The position numbers and the translations under genes were made by a program. Of a stretch of DNA of 64,000 nucleotides, positions 18,925 to 31,486 are shown piece after piece. The stretch lies in NCBI GenBank assembly GCA_964016885.1, contig OZ024765.1, positions 16,616,001 to 16,680,000 of the forward strand. Reading direction: 5' to 3'. The first letter of the stretch is position 1; every line of letters starts with the position of its first letter. This stretch comes from Eledone cirrhosa (Eukaryota). The notes under the pieces were generated by a model. That model was not told the origin of the DNA, did no database searches, and saw nothing but the letters and a program-made list of their open reading frames with translations.

Positions 18925-19084
18925 CATATATATATATACATATATATATATACATATATATATATACATATATATATACATATATACATATATATATATA
19001 CATATATATATACATATATATATATATACATACATGTACATGTGTATGCATATATGTCATACACACACAGAGGGAGAGAGAGAG

Positions 19085-19107
<23 letters not shown>

Positions 19108-19115
<8 letters not shown>

Positions 19116-19217
19116 CAGATTAAAGTTTAAGCAAAGAATCGGTGCTTTCACCCTTCAGAAGATCCTGTTAAGGGTGAAAGCAGCGATTCTTTGCTTAAAC
19201 TTTAATCTGTTATTTTA
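19108..19217. repeat. Fold-back hairpin, ~47-bp arms, 14-bp spacer, next to a TA run
   Basis: aaaataacagattaaagtttaagcaaagaatcggtgctttcaccctt / aagggtgaaagcagcgattctttgcttaaactttaatctgttatttt. Confidence 0.92.
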
Positions 19218-19247
19218 ATAAATATTTGCTTTACGGTTCTTATATAT

Positions 19248-19733
19248 CATCATCATCATCACTGTTTTACGTCCGTTTTACTTCCACGCTAGCATGGGTT
19301 AGACGGGTTGTCCTGCTGTGGGCAGTGTCTGGTCAGCTGACCTTGCCTTGCTCATACAGGAACTGATTTGGCTTGATTTCTACAGCTGGATGCCCTTCCT
19401 AACACCAACCTCGTTTACACTAAGTGCTGGGTGCTTTTTTTCCATAGCGCCTACACGTTCACTTTACAGTGTGGTCTGGATGGTTTTTTTGGCATGGCAC
19501 CTCCACGACCACTTTACAGTGGAATGATAGGGACCCTTGTCCTATCATATCATTTCTACAGCTGAGTAAACTGGAGCAATGTGAAATAAAGTGTCTTGCT
19601 CAAGGAAACAACACATCACCCGGTCTGAGAATTGAACTCACAATCTTTCTATTGCAAGGCCAATGCTCTAACCACTAAGCCATGTGCCTCATATTGTAAG
19701 GCGAATGCTCTAACCACTAAGTCATGTGCCTCC
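19248..19733 (-). mobile_element. SINE family A long-tail variant with duplicated 5' head
   Basis: attgcaaggccaatgctctaaccactaagccatgtgcctc occurs twice (19651-19733); longer RTE-like tail. Confidence 0.85.
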
Positions 19734-19852
19734 ATAATGTATAATATTTTTCACTCCTCTCCCTCTTGTCTCTATACACTAATCTCTCTATTAATCTATC
19801 CCCCTATGCATTTCACTCTCTTGTTTCCCCTGTCTCTTTGTATGTATGTATG

Positions 19853-19892
<40 letters not shown>

Positions 19893-20188
19893 GGTGTTAG
19901 GAAGGGCATCCAGCTGTAGAAATCAAGCCAGAATCAGTTCCCGTCCCACCCTTGCAAGCAGGGAAGAAGCGGACGTAAAATGAAATGATGATGATGATGA
20001 TATGTGTGTGTAGCAAACATCATGGGCGCTCTATCTCAAAATTATTTTTGAAAAGCATTAGAAATACGCAACCGGTAAAACTTAAAACCAAAACTGAATA
20101 CTAACCAATACTATTACTAATTCTCACTTATTCCTAATTAAACTATTTTTCACTGGGAACAATTTGTCAGCATTTTCTTTTCCGTTTA

Positions 20189-20252
<64 letters not shown>

Positions 20253-20379
20253 AAAGTTTTATTTAAAATTGTTGGGTTACAACAAGTAAATATTTTATAA
20301 CTGATATAAAGCACTCAACAAGTTTTGGAGTAGATATACGATATTAAACAAATGGAAACTATATTTATAAAACCATATT

Positions 20380-20445
20380 TATTTCATTATACATATTTCG
20401 GGGATACCATATAAAAAATATAGCATGCCTTCTTCAGATAAAATA
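20380..20445 (-). ncRNA. Minimal type-I hammerhead (mirror copy of 20609-20674)
   Basis: Reverse strand: tattttat-CTGAAGA-stem II-GAAA-t(atgt)a-TA-atgaaata. Confidence 0.72.
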
Positions 20446-20608
20446 CAATATATAAGCAGTTTTATAAATAATTTTGACGTACCATAAATATTGATCAACT
20501 TCCATGTATCATAAATTGACGTACCATAAATATTGATCAACTTCTTACATGAAAGTTGATCAATATTTATGGTACGTCAAAATTATTTATAAAACTGCTT
20601 ATATATTG

Positions 20609-20674
20609 TATTTTATCTGAAGAAGGCATGCCATATTTTTAATATGGTATCCCCGAAATATGTATAATGAAATA
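20609..20674 (+). ncRNA. Minimal type-I hammerhead
   Basis: Stem I tattttat/atgaaata; CTGAAGA 20617-20623; stem II atgccatatt/aatatggtat; GAAA 20655-20658; AUA site; AATAAA overlaps stem I 3' strand. Confidence 0.75.
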
Positions 20675-20820
20675 AATATGGTTTTATAAATATAGTTTCC
20701 ATTTGTTTAATATCGTATATATATATATATATATATATATATGAGTTAAGGTATTTATTTTATGTCTTCATTCATAGTTCAAGTATCTCTTCATGTATAA
20801 ATGATTTGCTCTCTCATATA

Positions 20821-20885
<65 letters not shown>

Positions 20886-21089
20886 CATATGTATATATAC
20901 ACATATATATATATAGATATATATATATATACATATTTACACACATTTTTAGGTCCGATTTTAGACACTTGCATGCGTGTGTGTGTGTTGTGTTAGTGTC
21001 TGTGTTGTGTGTGTCTACATTTTGTAGCTCTCTCTCTGAATGTTTCTCTTTCGTCAGATATATCCTGGCCTTCAATATGTTGTTTATGC

Positions 21090-21601
21090 CAACACCACCA
21101 CCACACCACTAACTGACCACCACCCCTACACCACCACCACCACGACACCACCAACAACACCACTACACCACCAACGCCACACCACTAACTGACCACCACC
21201 ACTACACCACCAACACCACTACCACTATACCATCAACTGTCCACCTCTATTACACTACCACTACACCACCAACATACATTAACTGACCACTACCAGTACA
21301 CCACCACCACACCATTAACTGACCACCACATCTACACAACTCTACCTTACCTTCACCTGTCCACCACCACTACACCACCACACCATTAACTGACCACCAC
21401 CAACACCACCACTACACTACCAACACCAACACCACACCACTAACTGACCACCACCACCACCACTGCACCACCAACACCAACCACCACCAACACCACTACA
21501 CCACCAACACCACACCACTAACTGACCACCACCACTACACCACCAACACCACTACCACTATACCATCAACTGTCCACCTCTATTACACTACCACTACACC
21601 A
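21090..21601. repeat. CAC/CAA-rich degenerate repeat with internal ~90-bp duplication
   Basis: ccatcaactgtccacctctattacactacc occurs twice. Confidence 0.85.
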
Positions 21602-21681
21602 GATGCGAGACAGCCTTTAGACATTTTAGACACTAAGACCACATACCTTAAACCAAGACTTGCTATAGAGAGAACAGTTAA

Positions 21682-22040
21682 CCCTTTAGCATTTAAACCA
21701 CCTGTATCCGTCAGAATTATTTCACCTCTTCCTGTTCAAACCAGTTGTAACAAGCTACTCATACTGATGTTAAGGTATTGTTCTCAAAATCCCATAGATT
21801 CGACATTGGATTGGCAGTATCGGTAGAGGGTCTGATGCCATGCTTTGCAGCAAAGATTTACGGCCCTTTATGGTCTGAGTTCAAATCCCACCGAGGTTAA
21901 CTTTGCCTTTTATCCTTAGGGGTCAATAAAATAAAGTACCAGTAATACACTGAGATAATTGCTGGCATTGTGCCAAAAGTAGAAACAATTAAGTGAAATA
22001 CTTATGTGAGATAATGCCTTTACCATAAATTTATAATAGT
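21682..22040 (+). mobile_element. piggyBac-like MITE interrupted by SINE family B (21808-21990)
   Basis: ttaa-ccctttagcatttaaacc; MITE sequence resumes at ttatgtgagataat after the SINE. Confidence 0.78.
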
Positions 22041-22044
22041 AACT

Positions 22045-22510
22045 ATCATCATCATTGTTTTACGTCTGTTCTTCCACACTAGCATGAGTTAGATGGGTTG
22101 TCCTGTTTAGGGCAGTGCCCGGTTGGTTGACCATGTCTTGCTCATACAGGAACTGATTCTGGCTTGATTTCTACAGCTGGATGCTCTTCTTAACACCAAC
22201 GTCATTTACAGTGAGTGCTGGGTTCTTTTTTTCCATGGCGCCTCCACGTCCACTTTACAGTGTGGTCTGGGTGCTTTTTTGCCGTGGCACCTCCACGACC
22301 ACTTTGCAGTGGAATGATAGGGACCCTTGTCCTATCATCTCATTTCTACAGCTGAGTAAACTGGAGCAATGTGAAATAAAGTGTCTTGCTCAAGGAAACA
22401 ACACATCACCCGGTCTGAGAATTGAACTCACAACCTTTTGATTGCCAGAATCAGTTCCCGTCCCACCCTTGCAAGCAGGGAAAAGTGGACATAAAATGAA
22501 ATGATGAAAT
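22045..22510 (-). mobile_element. SINE family A long-tail copy (minus) fused to an inverted short-tail 3' piece (22444-22510, plus)
   Basis: Junction caaccttttgatt|gccagaatcagttcccgtcc. Confidence 0.8.
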
Positions 22511-22899
22511 ATGACTGCTGTATAGGAATTGACCTGGAGGTAAAACAACCAGTATTACAAATACAATAAGCAAGAGTGCTAAACATGTTTGCTAAAAACA
22601 ACAGCCAAACCTCCTTCAAACCATACTCTAATATGTTACAGTAGAAAAGGACATATTGAATCAAGTAGTACCCTAGTATAGTTTTTTTTTTTTGGGGGGG
22701 GGGGGGGGGGGTCGAAAACATGCTGGATGGTCAAGGATAGAAGCTCTTTGATTATACGTCTGCTGGATTGAGGGCTGACCTGGGGCTAAACTGCAACAGT
22801 CAAACCAAAGTGACTGTAATATGACTTCCCAGAAAATTGTAAATTGTTGCAAAAAATTCTGAAGCATGTCAAAAAAAACCTTTGAAGTGTTAAAATAGA

Positions 22900-24300
22900 A
22901 ACACACACATACACACACAGACAGACACACATACACACACAGACAGACACACACACTCACACACACACACACAGACATACAGACATACACACACACAGAC
23001 GCACAGACAGACACACAAACACACACACATACAGACAGACACACACACACACACACAGACACACATACAAACTTACACACAGACACACATATGCACATGC
23101 ACGCAGACACACATATGCACACACACACACACACACATGCATGCACACACACACACATACATACACATACACTTAACAGACAAGATACAAAATAGATCCA
23201 CCCCTTCCACCATCTCAACCAACACCGCCAACACCACAACCACCACCACCGCAATCACAACTATCACTAGCACAACCATCACCACTACCACCACCACAAT
23301 CACATCAAAACCATCTCAACTACCACTAAGACCACCATCACCACCACCACTGCCAACATAACCAACATCACCAACACCATCACCAACATAACCAACACCA
23401 CCAACACCATCACCACTACCACCACCACAATGACATCAAAACCATCTCAACTACCACTAAGACCACCATCACCACCACCACTGCCAACATAACAACCAAC
23501 ACCACCAACACGATCACCACTACCACATCCCAACCACTACCACCATCACTACCACCACCACAATCACATCAAAACCATCTCAACTACCACTAACACCACC
23601 AGAAGCAGCACCACTGCCAACATAACAACCAACACCACCAACACCACCGCAATCACAACCACCACAACCAACACTAACACCACCACCACCAACACAGAAA
23701 ACACCACCATCATCATCACTGCAATCACCACTACCTCCACAATCACAACCACCACAACCAACACTAACACCATTATTAATGCCAACACCACCATCAACAA
23801 CACCACCACCACCAACAGCTTCCACAGCGACCACCACAGCCAACACCACCACCACCAACAACAACAACAACAACACAGCTTCCACAGCCACCACCATAGC
23901 CAACACCAACACCACCACCACCACCAACAACAACAACACAGCTTCCACAGCCAACACCACCAACAACACAGCTTCCACAGCCACCACCACAGCCAACAAC
24001 AACACCAACACCACCAACAACAACACAGCTTCCACAGCCAACACCACCACCAACAACAACACAGCTTCCACAGCCACCACCACAGCCAACACCACCACCA
24101 CCACCACCACCACCACCACCACCATAGCTTCCACAGCCACCACCACAGCCAACACCACCACAGCCAACACCACCACAGCCAACACCACCAACACCACCAA
24201 CACCACCACAGCTTCCACCACAGCCAACACCACCACCACCAACACAGCTTCCACAGCCACCACCACAGCCAACACCACCAACACCAGCACGACCATCATA
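22900..24300. repeat. (CA)/(CAGA) array followed by a CAC/CAA array with acagcttccacagcc spacers
   Basis: Directly visible. Confidence 0.9.
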
Positions 24301-24489
24301 ATTCTGACAACAGATTTAAATAACAAGAAATCACTCAGGGCTAATCTGAAGCCTGCGTGTGGATGCAAAAGCTTTTTTAGAAAAAAACGTAAATTTTCCT
24401 CAAGACATACAAACTCACCAATCTAACATATATATACATTTATACACACACACACACACATATATATATACATATATATATATATATAC

Positions 24490-24979
24490 TTAAGGTAAAT
24501 ATTGATGCAATTCAATTCAAGCACTCAACGTACTTATTCCACATAGGAGTGACGGAGTAAATATTGAATAAGGAAAAGCGAATTACTTTCAGATGTTCAA
24601 GTCCTTTAATAATAATGCTGTGATATATATTTCAATGGCGACAGTGGCGACACTGTTCCGTGCACCAGTGTCGCGACATCGTCAGACAGCTTGTTTTGGT
24701 TGAAAGGGGGGAACTGCCTAGGCAAATTTCGTTGAACTCTGCGGTAGCTAATGGTCAACTTCCTTCGGACCTGCGCCTGCGCAGACCGGTGGGGGTGAAT
24801 TGGTACTCACAAGGGAATGGACGAAGAACCCAAGAGCACACACTTCGTCCGTTCCCATGTCGATTCAATTTGGATTGCCTCGGAAACATAACCTTATTTA
24901 TTATGTAACAAGCTGTCTGATGATGTCGCGACACTGGTACACGGAACAGTGTGGCCACTGTCGCCATTGAAATATATAT
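24490..24979. mobile_element. Hammerhead fold-back cassette, tail on the left
   Basis: Arms 24623-24694 and 24907-24978 around a ~210-bp spacer; tail 24490-24616 adjoins a TA run. Confidence 0.85.
24617..24690 (-). ncRNA. Minimal type-I hammerhead with long stem II
   Basis: Reverse strand: gctgt-CTGACGA-tgtcgcgaca...tgtcgccatt-GAAA-t(atat)a-TC-acagc, then ATTAAA. Confidence 0.75.
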
Positions 24980-24983
24980 TATT

Positions 24984-25038
24984 ACTGCTATATATATTTC
25001 GGTGACAGCCATCTTTGGCTGTGACCTCTTCAGGCAGT
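24984..25038 (-). ncRNA. Canonical minimal type-I hammerhead (mirror copy of 25287-25341)
   Basis: Reverse complement matches 25287-25341. Confidence 0.85.
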
Positions 25039-25286
25039 CCGAATTGGTGTGGTAGAGGTGGGTACACATGTTGCCTTGCCTCAGAAAGAATTTCTATAGA
25101 CTTTTGACTCTCACAACTGACCAATGGGAGGAGGTGTCCTTTGACACTGAAATTTGTTTGTTCGAATTCATATGATTCCAGTTCCTCAGAGAAATAACAA
25201 CCCAACCAGGAACTGGGCATATCGGAGTATTGACGGAGTTAAACACCTCAACAACATGTGTACCCGTCTCTACCACCACAATTCGG

Positions 25287-25341
25287 ACTGCCTGAAGAGG
25301 TCACAGCCAAAGATGGCTGTCACCGAAATATATATAGCAGT
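25287..25341 (+). ncRNA. Canonical minimal type-I hammerhead
   Basis: actgc-CTGAAGA-ggt.c.acagcca(aaga)tggctgt.c.acc-GAAA-t(atat)a-TA^gcagt; predicted cut after 25336; AATAAA at 25342. Confidence 0.88.
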
Positions 25342-25609
25342 AATAAACGAAGCCAAATTTTAAATATTTGACTTATTTATTATATATCCTCTCTATATAT
25401 ATCTTTCTTTCTCTCTCTGTTGTTCTGCTCTTTCTCTTTCCTTCTCTATCTGTCTCTGTCTCCGTAACCCAACGGCTTATTTTAAAAATATCCTATACTA
25501 ACTTACCTAATAATTAAAGCTACAACTCCACTATCCGGGAGCTTAAAACAGTAATGGTTGCATTCTTTAAGGGTATGTCAATATTTATTTATAAAACTGT
25601 TCTATATTA

Positions 25610-25673
25610 TATTTTATCTGATGAAAGCACACCATAATTTAACTTGGTGTCCTTGACATATGTATAATGAAAT
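25610..25673 (+). pseudogene. Degenerate hammerhead of the 20.6/36.5 kb family (GAAA changed to GACA)
   Basis: tattttat-CTGATGA-aagcacacca..tggtgtcctt-GACA-tatgtata-atgaaata; same downstream tail as 20675-20715. Confidence 0.72.
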
Positions 25674-25771
25674 AAATATGGTTTTATAAATATAGTTTCC
25701 ATTTATTAATATTGTATATATATATATATATAGATATATATATATATATAGATATATAGATATATATATAG

Positions 25772-25902
<131 letters not shown>

Positions 25903-26264
25903 TATGACATTATATGTGTGTGTGTATTTGTTTGTGTTATCCAGGCTACATTGTTAAGGAAATCTGTCTGTATGATGGATGAAAGGACCAGAGAGATTAT
26001 TTGGTAATCCAAGTGTTGGATTGGATTAGAATGGATCGGAATCTCAGTAATATCTACAGAAACTCCTTGGCCAACACATAGAGGAGTGTAATTGAAGGCA
26101 GCACTCTCTAATGTTTCTTTAAAATTAGAATGAAATGGTTTGAAGAAATGTTATTGCAGCAGCTGGTGCAGTAATGCATCAGTTGCAACATTTGGTAATC
26201 AGAAAGAGGTGGTGGGTGTAAAAACCAAACTCGCTAGCTTCACTTTGGTATTTGTGCCACCTTT

Positions 26265-26940
26265 ACCTGTGGTCATGAATCTAGAGTAATTACCGAAAGA
26301 ATACAAATGGCCGAAATTGGGATTCCTCCAAAAGGTCTTTGCAGTAACGTTACTTGATAGAGTGCATAGCTCGGAGATCAGTGAGTCACTCCAGGTAGAG
26401 CCACTACTACTTTGAATTGAGAGATCACAGCTCCGATACTATGGACATGTGGTTAGAATGTCTCAAGAAAGAATTGCTGGACAGATCTGTAGCTTGGAGA
26501 TCAGAGAGTCAATCCAGGTAGAGCCACTACTTCTTTGAATTGAGAGATCACAGGCCTGATATTATGAATATGTGGTTAGGATGTCTCAGGAAAGAATTGC
26601 TGGAGATATTTGTAGATCAGAGATCAGTGACTCACTCCAGGTAGAGCCACTACTTCTTTGAATTGAGAGATCACAGCTCTGATACTCTGGACATGTGGTT
26701 AGAATGTAGAATGTCTCAGGAAAGAATCACTGGATAGATTTTATAGGCAAAACCGACAGGTAGGAGAGCCAGGGGTAGACCCCAAGCAGGATGGTTTTAT
26801 AACATCCATGAGCTTGGCTGGTCTTGCTTGGGGATCCAGCTGGATCATTTGGAGACAGTTGCTTCTGACAGGACCCACTGGAAGGAGTGTTTGAGGACTC
26901 TGCACCAATGACCCTTACAGGAATAAGTGGGAGAAGAAGA
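26265..26940 (+). mobile_element. Decayed RTE-type LINE 3' end with an internal ~122-bp triplication
   Basis: ggagatcagtgagtcactccaggtagagccactac...ttgaattgagagatcacag three times; encodes LLRIERSQLRYYGHVVRMSQERIA. Confidence 0.8.
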
Positions 26941-27573
26941 AACGTTATTTCAATACTGGACATAGTGTCATCTAATGTTTCTTTGAAAGCTGACGGAAGT
27001 GATTTGAAGAAATATCATTTTGATACTGGACATAGTGCTGTCCAGGATATAAGAATTCTTATTTCAAAACTGGACAGACTGTATCTTTGAAAATGGTTTA
27101 ACGAAGCATTGTTTCAATACTAGACATAGCATCCTCTAATATTTCTTTTAAAAGGAAGTGAAATGATATGAACACTGCTGCTGGTGATCGAACTTTGTGA
27201 AGAGAGATATCTCATGTTGAAGCACGTTCTGCAACTGGCAGAGTCTAGTGTCACAAGAAGAAGAAACGATTTGAAAAAACATTATTTCAGTAATAAACAT
27301 AGCACTATCCACTGTCTCTGTGGAAACAAAGTAGAATGATTTAAAGATGTTATTTCAAAACTGGGCACTGAATTATGTAATGATCCTTTGTAAATAGATT
27401 GAAATGATTTGAAGAAATGTGAAAATACTTGACAGAACATTCACAGAGAAACAATACCTTCATGTCTGGCATTGATATCTTGGTAAATAGACCACTACAT
27501 TGGTTCTCATTTGACTCACCTAAGTCCCTGGGACATTTTTCAGTAATTGCTTCAGTTTGCACGCTAAATTTAA

Positions 27574-27783
27574 CCCTTTAATGTTCAAACCGGCCAAAAT
27601 TCTCTACCTCTTTCTGTTGAAACTGGCTGTAACTGGTCACTCAAACTGATGTTACGGTATTGTTCTCAAACTAAATACTTTCAAAATCTCATAGATTCGA
27701 TATTATGTGAGATAATTATTCGAGGTAAAGGCTTTACCATGAAAATATAATAGTATATATAGAGTAATGTCAATGCTAAAGGG
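27574..27783 (+). mobile_element. Complete piggyBac-like MITE with TTAA on both sides
   Basis: ttaa(27570-27573)-ccctttaatgtt ... aatgctaaaggg-ttaa(27784-27787). Confidence 0.85.
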
Positions 27784-27788
27784 TTAAG

Positions 27789-28360
27789 TATATAAGCCAC
27801 TCCATATATAAGCCAGACTGTATATAAGCCAAACTGTATATAAGCCAGACTGTATATAAGCCAGACTGTATATAAGCCAGACTGTATATAAGCCAGACTG
27901 TATATAAGCCAGACTGTATATAAGCCAGACTGTATATAAGCCAGACTGTATATAAGCCAGACTGTATATACGCCAGACTGTATATAAACCACTCCATATA
28001 TAAGCCAGACTGTATATAAGCCAGACTGTATATAAGCCAGACTGTATATAAGCCACTCCATATATAAGCCAGACTGTATATAAGCCAGACTGTATATAAG
28101 CCAGACTGTATATAAGCCAGACTGTATATAAGCCAGACTGTATATAAGCCACTCCATATATAAGCCAGACTGTATATAAGTCAGACTGTATATAAGCCAG
28201 ACTGTATATAAGCCAGACTGTATATAAGCCAGACTGTATATAAGCCAGACTGTATATAAGCCAGACCATATATAAGCTAGACCATATATTATATAAGCCA
28301 GACTGTATATAAGCCAGAATGTGTATAAGCCAGAATGTATATAAGCCAGACTTTATATAT
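27789..28360 (+). repeat. 16-bp satellite (tatataagccagactg)n, about 35 units
   Basis: Directly visible; recurrent variant tatataagccactcca. Confidence 0.95.
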
Positions 28361-28794
28361 AGAGTAATGTGAATGCTAAAGGGTTGACGAGAGACTGGAG
28401 ATTTGGAGAAGAGATGAACACTGTCATGTATTTCTAAGGTGCAGAGAAATGCCATAATGAACAAAGTCATGTAGCTAGAGTAGCAACTCAATGACTGACT
28501 GGACTAGGTATAGGAACTACACTGATTGACCGATTGAAGGGAAGATAACTAGGATTAATTTTAAGAAAACTGGAGTTATTTTGGCCAGATATTTGAATTG
28601 GAACCTCAGAAATATTCTTCTGATGAGATATCTAGATAAATTATGATCCACATCTAACATCTTAGAGCCAACCAAAGTCAAATAGAACACAATCAGCCAA
28701 CAAACAGCAAGGTGTAATTGCAGATGGGTAGGATATATGTTAAGAACACAAGAGAGAGACTTGGCAATCCAAGCTTTGGATTAGGACCTCAGAT

Positions 28795-28974
28795 GGATTG
28801 GCAGTATCGGTAGAGGGTCGGACGCCATGCTTTCCAGCATAGTTACGTCCCTTTACGATCTGAGTTCAAATCCCGCCGAGGTTGACTTTGCCTTTCATAC
28901 TTACGGGGTCGATAAAATAAAGTACCAGTAATGCACTGGGTAATTGCTGGCCTTGTGCCTAAAGTAGAAACAAT
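28795..28974 (+). mobile_element. SINE family B
   Basis: ggattggcagtatcggtagagggtcggacgcc...aaagtagaaacaat. Confidence 0.9.
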
Positions 28975-29074
28975 ATTAGATATTCAAACGTTTTATAATT
29001 AATAAACTCATTTTGACCAACTAAGGTGAAGCAGGAATCAACTGACTAACAAATAGCAAAGATCAAGTGAGATT

Positions 29075-29908
29075 GGAGTAGGATACTATAAATATTTGAA
29101 TTAATAAACCTGTTTTTAGATATATTTTTGCTAAATAATTACAGGGATGTTAAGAGTAATTACTTCAAATTTTCACAACAATCTGAGCATTAGTAAAGAT
29201 ACTATAAACATTTGAATTAACAAACCTGTTTATTGATATTTTCTGCTAATCATTACAGGATGTTAAGAGATGATACTACAAATTTATACAATATGTTGAT
29301 TAGTAAAGATACTATATATATTTGAATTAACAAACCTGTTTTTCCATATTTTCTGTTAAATCATAACAAGTTGTTAAGAGATAATTGTTTCTACTTTAGG
29401 CACAAGGCCAGCAATTACCCAGTACATTACTGGTACTTTATTTTATCGACCCTGTAAGGATGAAAGGCAAAGTCAACCTCGGCGGGATTTGAATTCAGAT
29501 CGTAAAGGGACGTAACTATGCTGGAAAGCATGGCGTCCGATCCTCTACCGATACTGCCAATCCACCGCCCCTTGTTAAGAGATATTACAAATTTTCCCAA
29601 CAATCTGTCCATTAGAAAAGATACAATAAATATTTGAATTAATAAACCTGTTTTTAGATATGCACATATGTTAAGAGATAACATAGCAAATTTTCACACT
29701 AATCTGTCCATTAGTAAGGATACAATAAATATTTTAATTAATAAACCTGTTTTTAGATATATTTTTGCTAAATAATTACAGGGATGTTAAGAGTAATTAC
29801 TTCAAATTTTCACAATAATCTCTCCATTAGTAAAGATACTATAGATATTTCAATTAACAAACCTGTTTTTAGATATTTCCTGCTAAATCATTATAGGATG
29901 TTAAGAGT
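29075..29908 (+). repeat. ~115-120-bp AT-rich minisatellite containing a SINE B insertion (29384-29571, minus)
   Basis: Unit agtaaagatactataaatatttgaattaataaacctgtttttagatat..gttaagag; SINE TSD ttgttaagagata at 29371-29383 and 29572-29584. Confidence 0.88.
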
Positions 29909-30178
29909 TAAAGGAGCAGCACCCTTATGAACCTGCCTAACCTTGTCTACACCCATAATATTCTCAAGTACCTGGCTGTCCTTTTGTCAACTTGACACCA
30001 AACTGACCCTTACTATGAATCAATACAGCCCAGTTCTATCATCAATCATCATCAATAACAACAACACCACACAGTGTCACCATGGCAACATGTGAGAGCA
30101 CAACAAACTGACTCCAATGGCGATTTCCTGTTCATCTTTCAAATCAATCTATTTGATCATTCATAAATCAAACTATCA

Positions 30179-30211
<33 letters not shown>

Positions 30212-30352
30212 AACATATACATGTATATATATATTATATGAGTGTTTGTGTTCTTTATCTAGTGACAAAGTTATCTATATATAATCAAGAAAGATATCTA
30301 TATATGTATCAATCTATTTATCTCAGCTATTGATCAATTCCACTTTCCTTCT

Positions 30353-30984
30353 TTATATATATAATATATATATATAATAAATATGTATATATATATATAT
30401 AATATAGGTATATATGTATATATATATAATATATATATAAAATAAATATGTATATATATATAATATATGTATATATCTATATATATATAATATATATATA
30501 AAATAAATATGTATATATATGTATATATGTATATATATATAATATATATATATATATAATATATATATAAAATAAATATGTATATATATATATAATATAT
30601 GTATATATGTATATATATATAATATATATATAAAATAAATATGTATATATATATATAATATATGTATATATAATATATATATAATAAATATGTATATATA
30701 TATATAATATATGTATATATATATAATATATATAATAAATATGTATATATATATATAATATATGTATATATATATAATATATATATATATGTATATATAT
30801 ATAATATATATATGTAATATATATATAAAATAAATATGTATATATATATATAATATATGTATATATATATAATTTATATATATATATGTATATAATATAT
30901 ATAATATATATGTATATATATATAATATATATGTATATATATATATATATGTATGTATATATATATATGTATATAATATATATG

Positions 30985-31019
<35 letters not shown>

Positions 31020-31486
31020 GTATATAATATATATGTATATATAAATGTGTATATAATATATATGTAAATAATATATATATAATATATATGTAAATAATAT
31101 ATATATAATATATATGTATATATATATAAATAATTGTTTCTACTTTTGGCACAAGGCCAGCAATTATTCCAGTGCATTACTGGTACTTTATTTTATCGAC
31201 CCCGTAAGGATGAAAGGCAAAGTTAACCTCGGCGGGATTTGAACTCAGATCATAAAGGGAGGTAACTCTATGCTTCAAAGCATGGCGTCCGACCCTTACC
31301 GATACTGCCAATCCACCGTAAATAATATATATATAATATATATGTATATAATATATATGTATATATATATATATGTATATATATATGTATATAATATATA
31401 TATATAATATATATATATATGTATATGTATATATAATATATATATATAATATATATGTATATGTATATATAATATATATATATAAT
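30353..31486. repeat. TA/TAA/TATG array containing SINE family B (31132-31318, minus)
   Basis: Directly visible. Confidence 0.92.

Larger units (their letters stand above)
20230..20718. mobile_element. Hammerhead-bearing fold-back cassette (probable Penelope-like element end) in a TA run
   Basis: Arms about 20335-20500 and 20554-20718; left side has about 105 bp extra tail; ttgacgtaccataaatattgatcaactt duplicated near the centre. Confidence 0.85.
24978..25385. mobile_element. Second, unrelated hammerhead fold-back cassette, tail on the right
   Basis: Arms about 24978-25073 and 25252-25346 around a ~180-bp spacer. Confidence 0.87.

Noticed and set aside
23779-24426. Mucin-like Thr/Asn-rich ORF
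   Set aside because: Trinucleotide array open on both strands; no signal peptide or splice support
24660-25363. 80-108 aa ORFs across the double fold-back
   Set aside because: They mirror each other because of the inverted arms; no domain similarity recognised
27789-28360. CRISPR-like regular array
   Set aside because: No unique spacers, no cas genes, eukaryotic context; same for the 72-, 92- and 112-bp arrays
28620-28650. CTGATGA heptamer
   Set aside because: No stem II, GAAA or stem I partner
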